Shown here piece by piece: positions 21,496 through 30,032 of a DNA stretch of 53,344 nucleotides (the first letter of the stretch is position 1; every line of letters starts with the position of its first letter). The notes under the pieces are model-generated. The model did no database searches, was not told the origin of the DNA, and saw nothing but the letters and a program-made list of their open reading frames with translations. The stretch comes from Gemmatimonadota bacterium (GTDB taxonomy: Bacteria > Gemmatimonadota > Gemmatimonadetes > Gemmatimonadales > GWC2-71-9), in assembly GCA_003251175.1 (NCBI GenBank), contig QKHC01000039.1:1-53344 (forward strand), in the 5' to 3' direction. The translations under genes and the position numbers were made by a program.

Positions 21496-22635
21496 ATGCC
21501 CTCACGCGACCAGTACCTGCGCGGACCGAAGATCGATCCGCGACCGATCACCGGGCGCGAGACCATTGCGGATCTCGTGGACAACGCCTTTCTCGCCTAC
21601 AACGCCGGCCGCCTGGCCGAGGCGTGCCGACTGTTCTCCCAACGGATGCTGGTCGATGATGCCACCGTCGGCATGAGTCTCACCGGCGCCATGACTCCGG
21701 CGGGCCTCGGCATGTCGACGCTGATCCCGCTGATCGAGGCGGGCTTCATCGATTGGATCGTGTCCACCGGGGCGAATCTGTATCACGACGCGCACTTCGC
21801 GCTCGGGCTCGCGCTCCACCGGGGCTCGCCCTTCGTCGACGATGTGGGGCTGCACGAAGAAGGAGTGGTTCGCATCTATGACATCTTCTTCGACTTCGAC
21901 GTGCTGCTGTCGACGGACCACTTCATTCGCCAGGTATCGGAACGACCGGAGTTTCAGCACGCGATGAGCACCGCGGAGTATCACTACCGGCTGGGGGGGT
22001 ATCTCGCCGAGCGCGAGGCGGCGCTGGGGCTGAAGCGCAAGTCCGTGCTGTCGGTGGCGCACGCCTGCGGGGTCCCGATCTACACGTCGTCGCCGGGCGA
22101 TTCCTCGATCGGCATGAACGTCGCCGAACAGGCGTTGACCGGCAGCCAGCTGCGCTTCGACGTCAGCGCTGACGTCAACGAAACCGCCGCCCTGGTCTTC
22201 GATGCGAAGGTGAACGGCGGCCGGAGCGGCGTGTTGATCATCGGCGGTGGTAGCCCGAAGAACTTTGTGCTCCAGACGGAGCCCCAGATCCAGGAAGTGC
22301 TGGGCGTGTCCGAAAAGGGACACGACTACTACCTCCAGATCACCGACGCGCGCCCCGACACCGGCGGATTGTCGGGCGCGACCCCCGCGGAAGCCGTGAG
22401 TTGGGGGAAAGTGGATCCCGATCAACTGCCCAGCGCCGTCGTGTGCTATCTGGACAACACGGTGGCCTTTCCGATCCTGGCGGCCTACGCGTTGGCCACG
22501 CGGTCCCCACGGCCACTGAAGCGGTTGTACGACCAGCGGGACCGGATGCTGCGTGATCTCGGCACCGCCTACCGAGCGGCCAGGCTGGAGCGCGACGCCC
22601 GCGCGGAGAAGGCGACTGCACGACAGAGCAGCTGA
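21496..22635 (+). CDS. Deoxyhypusine-synthase-like protein (bacterial homospermidine synthase type)
   Basis: [44 protein letters not shown] (catalytic Lys motif retained). Confidence 0.9.
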   Translation: MPSRDQYLRGPKIDPRPITGRETIADLVDNAFLAYNAGRLAEACRLFSQRMLVDDATVGMSLTGAMTPAGLGMSTLIPLIEAGFIDWIVSTGANLYHDAHFALGLALHRGSPFVDDVGLHEEGVVRIYDIFFDFDVLLSTDHFIRQVSERPEFQHAMSTAEYHYRLGGYLAEREAALGLKRKSVLSVAHACGVPIYTSSPGDSSIGMNVAEQALTGSQLRFDVSADVNETAALVFDAKVNGGRSGVLIIGGGSPKNFVLQTEPQIQEVLGVSEKGHDYYLQITDARPDTGGLSGATPAEAVSWGKVDPDQLPSAVVCYLDNTVAFPILAAYALATRSPRPLKRLYDQRDRMLRDLGTAYRAARLERDARAEKATARQSS

Positions 22636-24148
22636 CACCAGGGCGGGGGAGTCCCCGGCATCCTCCCGGGCGTATGCCGCGTACGCCCTGGGCCTGCTCA
22701 CGCTGATCAACATTCTCAACTACACCGACCGTAACGTCGTCTTCGCGCTGTTCGAGCCCATCAAGCATGAGCTCGCGCTCTCGGACGCCGAGCTCGGCTG
22801 GATCGGGTCCGCCTATGTGATCGTGCTCGCCCTCATGGCGCTGCCCCTCGGCGTGATCGGCGACCTGCGGTCGCGTCGGGGCGTGATCACCTTCGGGGTG
22901 ACGCTGTGGAGCGTGGCCACGGCGGTCGGAGGCCTGGTGACGCGCTTCTGGCAGTTGTTCCTCTGCCGGGCGCTCGTCGGAGTGGGCGAGGCTGGGTACA
23001 TGCCCGCATCACTGGCCATCATCGCCGACTACTACCGCGGCCGCACGCGCGCGATGGCCATGGGGGTCTTCTCCGTTGGGATGGCCCTTGGGGGCGTCAC
23101 CGGCATCTGGCTCGGCGGTGAGCTGGCGCTCGCGTTCGGCTGGCGGCGCGCTTTCCTGATCATGGGAGCGCCGGGCCTGCTGCTGGCCATCCTCGCCTCA
23201 CAGTTACGCGAGCCCCACCGGCAGCCCCCGCCACCACTGCGGATCGCGCTCGCCGGCTGGTACCGGCGCCATCTCCCGGGAACTCTCCGCGTGGCTCGGC
23301 CCCTCATCGTCTTCACGCTCGTGGGAGCTGCGCTCGGCGGCGTGCTGACGGCGTTCGAGCGCGCCGCCTCGGCGGTCGACGTGGCGGTGTTCGCGGCGTG
23401 CACCATCCTCGGCCTCGCCTGGACCGTGGCTCGGCTCGTACCCCTCGCGCTGGAAGGTACGGCGCGGGCAGGTCGCGTCGCCGCCAGCGCCTTTGAGGAC
23501 TTCCTCGCGGCGGCGGCGATCGTCTTCCGCACTCCCACACTGATGTGGATCTTCGTGGGGGGCGCGCTGGTCACCTTCGCCGTCAACGGCCTGATCGCGT
23601 GGGCGCCGAGCTTTCTCCAACGGGCCCACGGCATGAGCCCGGTTGAAGTGGGACGCACCTTCGGTCTGCTGGCGCTCACCGGCGGCGTGCTCGGTGCCCT
23701 GGTGGGGGGTCGCATCGGAGACGGTCTGCAGGCCCGGTGGGCGGGCGGGCGGGTGTTTGCCAGCGGTATGGGGTTCGTTCTGGGCGGTCCCGTGGCCACG
23801 GCGTTGCTGCTCGTGGATCGCGGCACGCTGTTCACGGTGCTGGTGTTCGGGACGTTCTTCCTGTACACGTGGTACAATGGCCCACTCGCGGCGGCGATCC
23901 TCGACGTCGTCCCGCCGCCGGTGCGCGCGACCGTGCTCGGGGCGTTCGTGCTCTTTTCGCATCTGGCAGGCGACGCTATCGCGCCGCCCTTGATAGGATA
24001 CCTGTCCGACCGCGCCGATCTGCGCACTGCCATGCTGGCGTTGCCCGCGGCTGGCCTCGTCGGCGGTCTCGTGATCCTCGTGGCGGTCGCGACGGTGGGG
24101 CGAGATATGCAGCGGGTGGCGCAGCGCGAGCGGGGGACGGCCGCGTGA
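22616..24148 (+). CDS. Spinster-like MFS transporter with an extra central helical hairpin
   Basis: [30 protein letters not shown]. Start is uncertain: CTG 22616 with GGAG SD, or GTG 22553. Confidence 0.82.
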   Translation: MHDRAADTRAGESPASSRAYAAYALGLLTLINILNYTDRNVVFALFEPIKHELALSDAELGWIGSAYVIVLALMALPLGVIGDLRSRRGVITFGVTLWSVATAVGGLVTRFWQLFLCRALVGVGEAGYMPASLAIIADYYRGRTRAMAMGVFSVGMALGGVTGIWLGGELALAFGWRRAFLIMGAPGLLLAILASQLREPHRQPPPPLRIALAGWYRRHLPGTLRVARPLIVFTLVGAALGGVLTAFERAASAVDVAVFAACTILGLAWTVARLVPLALEGTARAGRVAASAFEDFLAAAAIVFRTPTLMWIFVGGALVTFAVNGLIAWAPSFLQRAHGMSPVEVGRTFGLLALTGGVLGALVGGRIGDGLQARWAGGRVFASGMGFVLGGPVATALLLVDRGTLFTVLVFGTFFLYTWYNGPLAAAILDVVPPPVRATVLGAFVLFSHLAGDAIAPPLIGYLSDRADLRTAMLALPAAGLVGGLVILVAVATVGRDMQRVAQRERGTAA

Positions 24149-24209
24149 GCGGCAGCGAGGGCCGGCGTGGGGGCTCGGCGCCCGTGGATTCTCGAGGTGA
24201 GGTGGACGG

Positions 24210-25223
24210 ATGCGCATAGCAGTGGTGTTCGACACGATTCACCCGGAATGGGACGAAGCGGACTTCTGGCGGGAGTTCGATGCGGGCGTGGAGGAGGCGG
24301 AATACGAGGTCGCCGACGCGCTGCGCCGCAACGGACACGACGTACGACTGGTGGGCATCCGCGATGACATCCGGGTTCTTGTGGATCGGCTCGCCGCGTT
24401 CGAGCCCGAGCTCGTCTTCAACTGCTGTGAGAGCTTCCGGGGCAATGCGCACTACGAGTATGCCGTGGCCGCGCTGCTCGAAGCGCACGGGTACCGGCAT
24501 ACCGGCTCCCCGGCCACGGCGCTGCTCGTGGCGCGCAACAAGTCGATGAGCAAGAAGATCCTCCGCTTCCACGGCATCCGCGTCCCCGAGTTCGCCGTGT
24601 TCCACGCAGGCGAGCAGTTCTTGCGCCCCTCCGCGGTCCGGCATCCGCTGATCGTGAAGCCACTGCTCGAAGACGCCTCCGTCGGCATCGCCCAGGCATC
24701 GGTGGTGACGGACGACACGAGTCTCGAAGAGCGCGTACGCTTCATCCACGAGAAGTACAACCAGGCCGCGATCGCCGAAGAGCTGATCGAGGGGCGGGAG
24801 CTGTACGTCGGCTTCATCGGCAACGATGAGCTCCTGATGCTGCCACCGATCGAAATGCACTTCGGTCGGCTCTCGAAGACAGAGCGCCGGATCGCGACCT
24901 GGAAGGCGAAGTGGGACATGGAATACCGTGAGCGGCACAAGATCCGGACCGGCTTCGCGCGGCGGCTCGCACCCGAGATCCTCGCGCGGCTGCGATGGAC
25001 CTGCGAGACGGCGTATCACGCACTGTGGCTAGAAGACTATGGCCGCATGGATGTGCGCCTGACCCACGATGGCGAGGTGTACGTCATCGAGGCGAATCCG
25101 AACCCGTTCATTTCGTACGGGCACGAATTCGCCAACGCGGCAGAGAAGGCGGGACTCAAGTACCGGGACTTCATCGAGCGGATCGTCCAGCTCGCGACCA
25201 CGAGGCACGAGCATGAGCCCTAA
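24210..25223 (+). CDS. ATP-grasp ligase, D-Ala-D-Ala-ligase-like but non-canonical
   Basis: PLIVKP..EDASVGI, EELIEGRELYVG, YGRMDVRL, IEANPNP. Lacks the Ddl N-terminal GGxSxE and HGxxGEDG motifs. GAGGTG SD. Confidence 0.85.
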   Translation: MRIAVVFDTIHPEWDEADFWREFDAGVEEAEYEVADALRRNGHDVRLVGIRDDIRVLVDRLAAFEPELVFNCCESFRGNAHYEYAVAALLEAHGYRHTGSPATALLVARNKSMSKKILRFHGIRVPEFAVFHAGEQFLRPSAVRHPLIVKPLLEDASVGIAQASVVTDDTSLEERVRFIHEKYNQAAIAEELIEGRELYVGFIGNDELLMLPPIEMHFGRLSKTERRIATWKAKWDMEYRERHKIRTGFARRLAPEILARLRWTCETAYHALWLEDYGRMDVRLTHDGEVYVIEANPNPFISYGHEFANAAEKAGLKYRDFIERIVQLATTRHEHEP

Positions 25224-26205
25224 GCGCACGGTGCCCCGGCCGGAGCTGCGGTGCCCGAGTTGCCGCTTCGAGCTGGAGCGGTTCTGGTACTACTGCCCCA
25301 ACTGTTCCCGGGCGCTGCAATGGCGGGATGAGCTGAAAGAGACCGGGGCCGAGTGCCGCTACTGCCGTTGGATGGTGTCGGACCGCCACCGCTTCTGCCC
25401 GTGGTGCGGTCGCAATATCACGGATGCAGCGTCCAGTCCCGAGCCGCTGCGAGCACCAAAGGGATTCCGCTTCGAGCGCCGCTGCAAGCGGTGCGGCGGC
25501 GGCATGCACTACCCCATGCAGCACTGCCCGTGGTGCGGGCGGGCGCAGCAGTGGCGGTATGAGCGGTTCCAGAACGAGTGTCCGCACTGCAACCGTGGCG
25601 TCGACGACTGGATGGACACCTGCCCCTGGTGCGGAGAGGATGCGACCGGGCGCGACCTCATTCCCCGCGCGCTGCGCCGCGTGCGGCAGCTGCTGATCGT
25701 GTCGCGTATCACGGATTGGGGGTATCGCGTCATTCTGCGGCCCGGCGTGTCGGGAGTGGACCCGGACACCCCCAAGGTGGTCGAAGTGGATCGTCGCTAC
25801 GTCACCGGCAAGCGGCGTCGCGATGAAATCTCATGGAATACGCTGACGGGTCTCATCCTCCACGAGCTGGGCCATTCCTTCCTGTACCACCACTGGTCGT
25901 GGACGCGCACCGGCCGCTTCCGAAGGGCGTTCGGGGAGGTGCGCAAGGCGTATCGCGTATCGGATGAGCACTGGGTCGATTTCGAGCGCCGGCGCATCGC
26001 GACGACCCTCACGGACTACGTGTCCCGCTATGCGGGAACGCATCCCCAGGAAGACTTCGCCGAGACGTTCCGTTTCTATGTGGGGCGGCGGGGTCGCCTG
26101 CGCGAGCTCTTCAGTGAGTTCGGGCGCAAGCGCAAAGGCGTGATCGTGTTCGAGAAGTTTCTCGTCCTGCACGACTTCGTCCGCAGTCTCCGCGGCTGGC
26201 GCTAG
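25213..26205 (+). CDS. Tandem zinc-ribbon (8 CxxC) protein fused to a putative zinc metallopeptidase
   Basis: CPSC/CPNC/CRYC/CPWC/CKRC/CPWC/CPHC/CPWC followed by HELGH and YVSRYAGTHPQEDFAETF. ATG 25213 overlaps the ligase end. Confidence 0.82.
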   Translation: MSPKRTVPRPELRCPSCRFELERFWYYCPNCSRALQWRDELKETGAECRYCRWMVSDRHRFCPWCGRNITDAASSPEPLRAPKGFRFERRCKRCGGGMHYPMQHCPWCGRAQQWRYERFQNECPHCNRGVDDWMDTCPWCGEDATGRDLIPRALRRVRQLLIVSRITDWGYRVILRPGVSGVDPDTPKVVEVDRRYVTGKRRRDEISWNTLTGLILHELGHSFLYHHWSWTRTGRFRRAFGEVRKAYRVSDEHWVDFERRRIATTLTDYVSRYAGTHPQEDFAETFRFYVGRRGRLRELFSEFGRKRKGVIVFEKFLVLHDFVRSLRGWR

Positions 26206-27851
26206 CTCGGGACCGGGTCCGTCCCCAGACAGGCCCGCGACCGCGCGATCGCCGCGGCGTAGCGCGCCAACTCGGTGGCCTCCCGCTCGGCATCCCATCC
26301 CAGCAGCTCGCGCAGCTTGCGGGCCACGGCCGGTGCGGCCGCCAGACCCTGATCCCGTGTCTGCCAGGACAGATGCAGCCGCCGCATGAGCACGTCGTCG
26401 AGCCGCACCACCATCTCCCGTTCCACGAGGTGCTCCACCTCCGCCCGGATCTCCGGCCGACCCTCGACAATTGGCCCCAGCAGAACACGGTTGCGGCTGG
26501 CGCGGTTGAGCACCGCCGGCGCCTCGCCTCCGTAGGCGCGCACTAGGTGGCGCGCGGTCGCGTCGCTCACGCCGCGGTCGCGGAGCGCGCCGGCCAGCAC
26601 ATCGAGGTCGGCGGCCTCCCCACCAGGCAGCGACTCGCGATCGGTCGGCGGGGCAGGCGCACGCGGACGGCCGTCGGCACGGTGCAACCGCTCCGCGACG
26701 CGATCCACGAGCTCGGCCGCCATCGCGCGGTAGGTGGTGAGCTTGCCCCCGGCGATAGTGAGCAGACCACCGGGACTTTCCTCGACGACGTGCTCCCGCG
26801 ACACGGCCGATGCCGCCTGACCAGAGTCACCCGTGACGAGCGCCCGCAGCCCGGCCCAGGTAGCCAGGACGTCGGCGGGGGTGAGGCGGGCGGTGGGGAA
26901 GTACGCGTTCGCGGAGCGCAGCAGATAGGTAACGTCGGACGCGGTACACCGGACCTTGTCGGGATCGCCGGGGTCGTCGACGTCGGTCGTCCCGATGTAG
27001 CTCACTTCCTCCCACGGCAACACGAACATGACCCGGCCATCGAGGGGCGAAGTGAGGGTGAGCGCGTGGGTGTGCCCGAGTCGGGCTCGTGGGACCACGA
27101 CATGCGCCCCCCGGGTGAGGCGCAGCAGCGGGTGCGCCTCCGGGCGCTCGAGCCGTCGCACCGCGTCCGACCACGGCCCCGTCGCGTTGACCACCACCAG
27201 CGCCCGCGCCACGCGCGTCGTGCCAGTGAGCGCGTCGCGCACGATCGCGCCGCGAACCCGCCCGTCGGGTGTCAACAGCGATGTCACCTCGGCATAGTTC
27301 GCCACCAGCGCGCCAGCCTGGGCGGCGCTCCGGATCGTGGCCAGAACGAGGCGTGCATCGTCGGTCTGCGCGTCGTAGTACAGGGCGGCTCCGCGCAAAT
27401 CCCGATCCCGCAGGCCGGGCTCGAGGCGGCGCGTGGCGGCGGGACCGAGCCAGCGGTGCCGATGCACGTTGCGGAAAGCGGCCAGCGCGTCATAGAGCCA
27501 CATCCCGGCGCGCAACTTCCAGGGGGGGACGCGGCCACCGCGATAGAGCGGGAACAGGAACGCGAGCGGCCACACCAGATGCGGCGCGAGCCGGAGGAGG
27601 CGACGCCGCTCGCGGCTCGACTCGAACACCAGATGCAGGGCGCCGGTCTCGAGGTAGCGCAGGCCGCCGTGGATCAAGCGTGACGATGCCGACGAGGTGC
27701 CGCCGCCGAAGTCGCCCTTCTCGACCAGCGCCGCTCGGAACCCACGCAACGCCGCGTCCCGCGCGATACCCGCCCCGGTGATGCCGCCACCGATCACCAG
27801 CAGGTCGAGCGCTTCGCCGGCCATCGCGTCGAGCGCTGCCGAGCGCGTCAC
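26202..27851 (-). CDS. glpD: FAD-dependent glycerol-3-phosphate dehydrogenase/oxidase
   Basis: GGGITGAGIARDAA.RG, GTSSASSRLIHGGLRYLE, NATGPW, GLR, SREH, GGKLTTYR. Confidence 0.92.
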   Translation of the reverse strand: MTRSAALDAMAGEALDLLVIGGGITGAGIARDAALRGFRAALVEKGDFGGGTSSASSRLIHGGLRYLETGALHLVFESSRERRRLLRLAPHLVWPLAFLFPLYRGGRVPPWKLRAGMWLYDALAAFRNVHRHRWLGPAATRRLEPGLRDRDLRGAALYYDAQTDDARLVLATIRSAAQAGALVANYAEVTSLLTPDGRVRGAIVRDALTGTTRVARALVVVNATGPWSDAVRRLERPEAHPLLRLTRGAHVVVPRARLGHTHALTLTSPLDGRVMFVLPWEEVSYIGTTDVDDPGDPDKVRCTASDVTYLLRSANAYFPTARLTPADVLATWAGLRALVTGDSGQAASAVSREHVVEESPGGLLTIAGGKLTTYRAMAAELVDRVAERLHRADGRPRAPAPPTDRESLPGGEAADLDVLAGALRDRGVSDATARHLVRAYGGEAPAVLNRASRNRVLLGPIVEGRPEIRAEVEHLVEREMVVRLDDVLMRRLHLSWQTRDQGLAAAPAVARKLRELLGWDAEREATELARYAAAIARSRACLGTDPVPS

Positions 27852-27962
27852 GTGGGATACTGCTGAGTCCGGCAGCGATCGCCTCCCTCTCGTGTCGGTG
27901 ACTGGCTAGTTTGGAGCGCTGGCACCGAAAGCTACACGACTCAGTCATCCGGAGGGATTGCC

Positions 27963-28691
27963 GTGTCGCACGTGCAACAGGTAGCGCTCGCCGTCGCGAG
28001 CGCGTTCGCGATCGGAGCGGGACCGGTCGGCGCCCAAGATGCTCCGCCCGTCCGTCTCACGCTGGACCTCGGGTTCGTGGATGTCTCGGGGAACACGAAC
28101 GTGACCACGTTCAATCTGGGGGAGAAGCTCAGTTATGCGACCGGGCGCTGGACGCTGAGCCAGGCGGCGGGCGTCATCTACGGCAATACGGACGGCAGCG
28201 CCACGGTGGAGCAGTACGACGCTGGTGTGCGGGCCGACTATGCGGTGGTGAACCGGGTCAGTGTGTTCGTGGGCGCCACGTACTATCGCAACGTGTTCGC
28301 GGGCCTGGCGGAGCGATGGAACGAGGGCGCGGGGCTCGCGTGGAAGGCGGTCACCATCGCTCGCGACAGTCTCCAGCTCGAAGGCGCCCTGGTGGTCAAC
28401 CAGGAGCGGAACCTGCTCGATCAGCGGCGGACCTTCGGGGCGAGCCGCGCGGCGCTCCAGTTCAAGCACCTGTTCGGCGAGTCAGCGTTCTTTTCACAAT
28501 TCCTGGAGTGGATTGCCAGCGTCGAGGACAGCGACGATCAGCGTGTCAATTCCGAGTCGGCGCTCACCGCCCCGATCTCCAAGCAGATCGCTCTCAAGGC
28601 GGCATATGTCATTCGCTTCGATAATCAGCCGGAGCCCGGGAAGCTGGATACCGACCGCACCTTCACGACGGGTCTCCAGATCGTGTTCTGA
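27963..28691 (+). CDS. DUF481-type outer-membrane beta-barrel protein
   Basis: Signal peptide, LG...SGNT motif, alternating beta-strand pattern, C-terminal Phe (LQIVF). GGAGG SD. Confidence 0.78.
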   Translation: MSHVQQVALAVASAFAIGAGPVGAQDAPPVRLTLDLGFVDVSGNTNVTTFNLGEKLSYATGRWTLSQAAGVIYGNTDGSATVEQYDAGVRADYAVVNRVSVFVGATYYRNVFAGLAERWNEGAGLAWKAVTIARDSLQLEGALVVNQERNLLDQRRTFGASRAALQFKHLFGESAFFSQFLEWIASVEDSDDQRVNSESALTAPISKQIALKAAYVIRFDNQPEPGKLDTDRTFTTGLQIVF

Positions 28692-28778
28692 TGTCGTGGC
28701 GCGTTGTCACCGCCGCACCCGCGATGATACCTTTCCCCGTGTGAGCGCGGTGCGGGACGTGCGCGGGGGGCGCGGGCG

Positions 28779-30032
28779 ATGACGCGGGAGGCGCGGCGGC
28801 GGGTGGCGGTGGTGGCCGGTTGCCGCACGCCGTTCTGCCGCTCCGGCACCGTGTTGAAGGATGCGGCCGCGGTCGCGCTGGCGCGCCACGCAACCAGGGA
28901 GTTGCTCGAGCGCACTGACCTCGATCCCGCAGTGGTGGACGAGGTGGTCATGGGTCAGGTCGTGCCGTCAGTCCTGGCGCCCAACCTCGCCCGCGAAGTG
29001 AGTCTCCTGCCGCAGTTCGGACGCGATGTTCCCGCCTTCACGCTCAATCGCGCATGCGCATCCGCCAATCAGGCCATCACCGCCGCCCACGATCAGATCA
29101 CCCTCGGGCACGCCGATGTGGTCATCGCCGGCGGCGCGGAAGCGCTCTCCGACATCCCGATTCTGGCGTCGCGCCGCCTGGCGGAAATCCTTGTCGCGGC
29201 GAACCGGGCCAAGACCCTCGGCGCGCGGCTCGGCACCCTCGCCCGGATCCGTCCTCGCGATCTCATCCCTGTGGCGCCGGCCATCGCCGAACCCTCCACC
29301 GGCGAGACCATGGGCCAGTCGGCGGAGAAGATGGCCAAGGAGAACGCCATCGCACGGGAGGAGCAGGACCGCTGGGCATTGCTGAGTCATCAGCGGGCGG
29401 CTCAGGGCACCGCTGATGGGCGACTGGCGGCGGAGATCGTGCCGTGGTTCACCGCGCAGGACGAGGTGGTGGCGTCGGACAACGGTATCCGCACCGACAC
29501 GTCGCTCGAGCAGCTCGCCCAACTCCGGCCGGTGTTCGACCGCCGCTATGGATCGGTGACGGCGGGCAACGCATCGCCACTCACCGACGGCGCATCGGCG
29601 GTGCTGCTGATGAGCGAGGAGGCGGCACGCGTCCACGGCTACACGCCGCTCGCCTACATCCGGAGCTACGCCGTCGCTGCCGTCGACCCGGCGTGGCAGC
29701 TGCTGCAGGCGCCCGTGAAGACCGTGCCCATCGCGCTCGCCCGCGCGGGGATCGGTTGGCAGGACCTCGGCCTGATCGAGGTGCATGAAGCGTTCGCGGC
29801 GCAGGTGCTCTCGAACTTCCAGGGCTGGACCGCCCACGGCTGGGAGATCGACGAGCGCATCATCAATGTCATGGGGGGATCGATCGCCATCGGGCACCCC
29901 TTCGGGGCGACCGGCGGGCGACTGGTCACCACCCTCGCGAACGAGATGGGGCGGCGCGACGTCCAGTTCGGCCTGGTGTCGGTGTGCGCCCAGGGTGGCA
30001 TGGCATCGGCCATCGTGCTGGAGCGCCGGTGA
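28779..30032 (+). CDS. fadI: 3-ketoacyl-CoA thiolase (FadI/TFE-beta type)
   Basis: RTPF, NRACAS (catalytic Cys), AGNASPLTDGAS, HEAFA, GHPFGATG, CAQGG. Confidence 0.9.
   Translation: MTREARRRVAVVAGCRTPFCRSGTVLKDAAAVALARHATRELLERTDLDPAVVDEVVMGQVVPSVLAPNLAREVSLLPQFGRDVPAFTLNRACASANQAITAAHDQITLGHADVVIAGGAEALSDIPILASRRLAEILVAANRAKTLGARLGTLARIRPRDLIPVAPAIAEPSTGETMGQSAEKMAKENAIAREEQDRWALLSHQRAAQGTADGRLAAEIVPWFTAQDEVVASDNGIRTDTSLEQLAQLRPVFDRRYGSVTAGNASPLTDGASAVLLMSEEAARVHGYTPLAYIRSYAVAAVDPAWQLLQAPVKTVPIALARAGIGWQDLGLIEVHEAFAAQVLSNFQGWTAHGWEIDERIINVMGGSIAIGHPFGATGGRLVTTLANEMGRRDVQFGLVSVCAQGGMASAIVLERR

Noticed and set aside
24210-25223. Annotating as ddl
   Set aside because: Lacks the N-terminal Ddl motifs, has EANPNP rather than ExNTxPG, and has no cell-wall gene context.
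25249-25635. CRISPR array or multiheme cytochrome in the repeated TGCCCGTGGTGCGG/CxxC region
   Set aside because: The repeats are short in-frame CPWCG codons with irregular spacing. The motifs are CxxC, not CxxCH, and there is no signal peptide.
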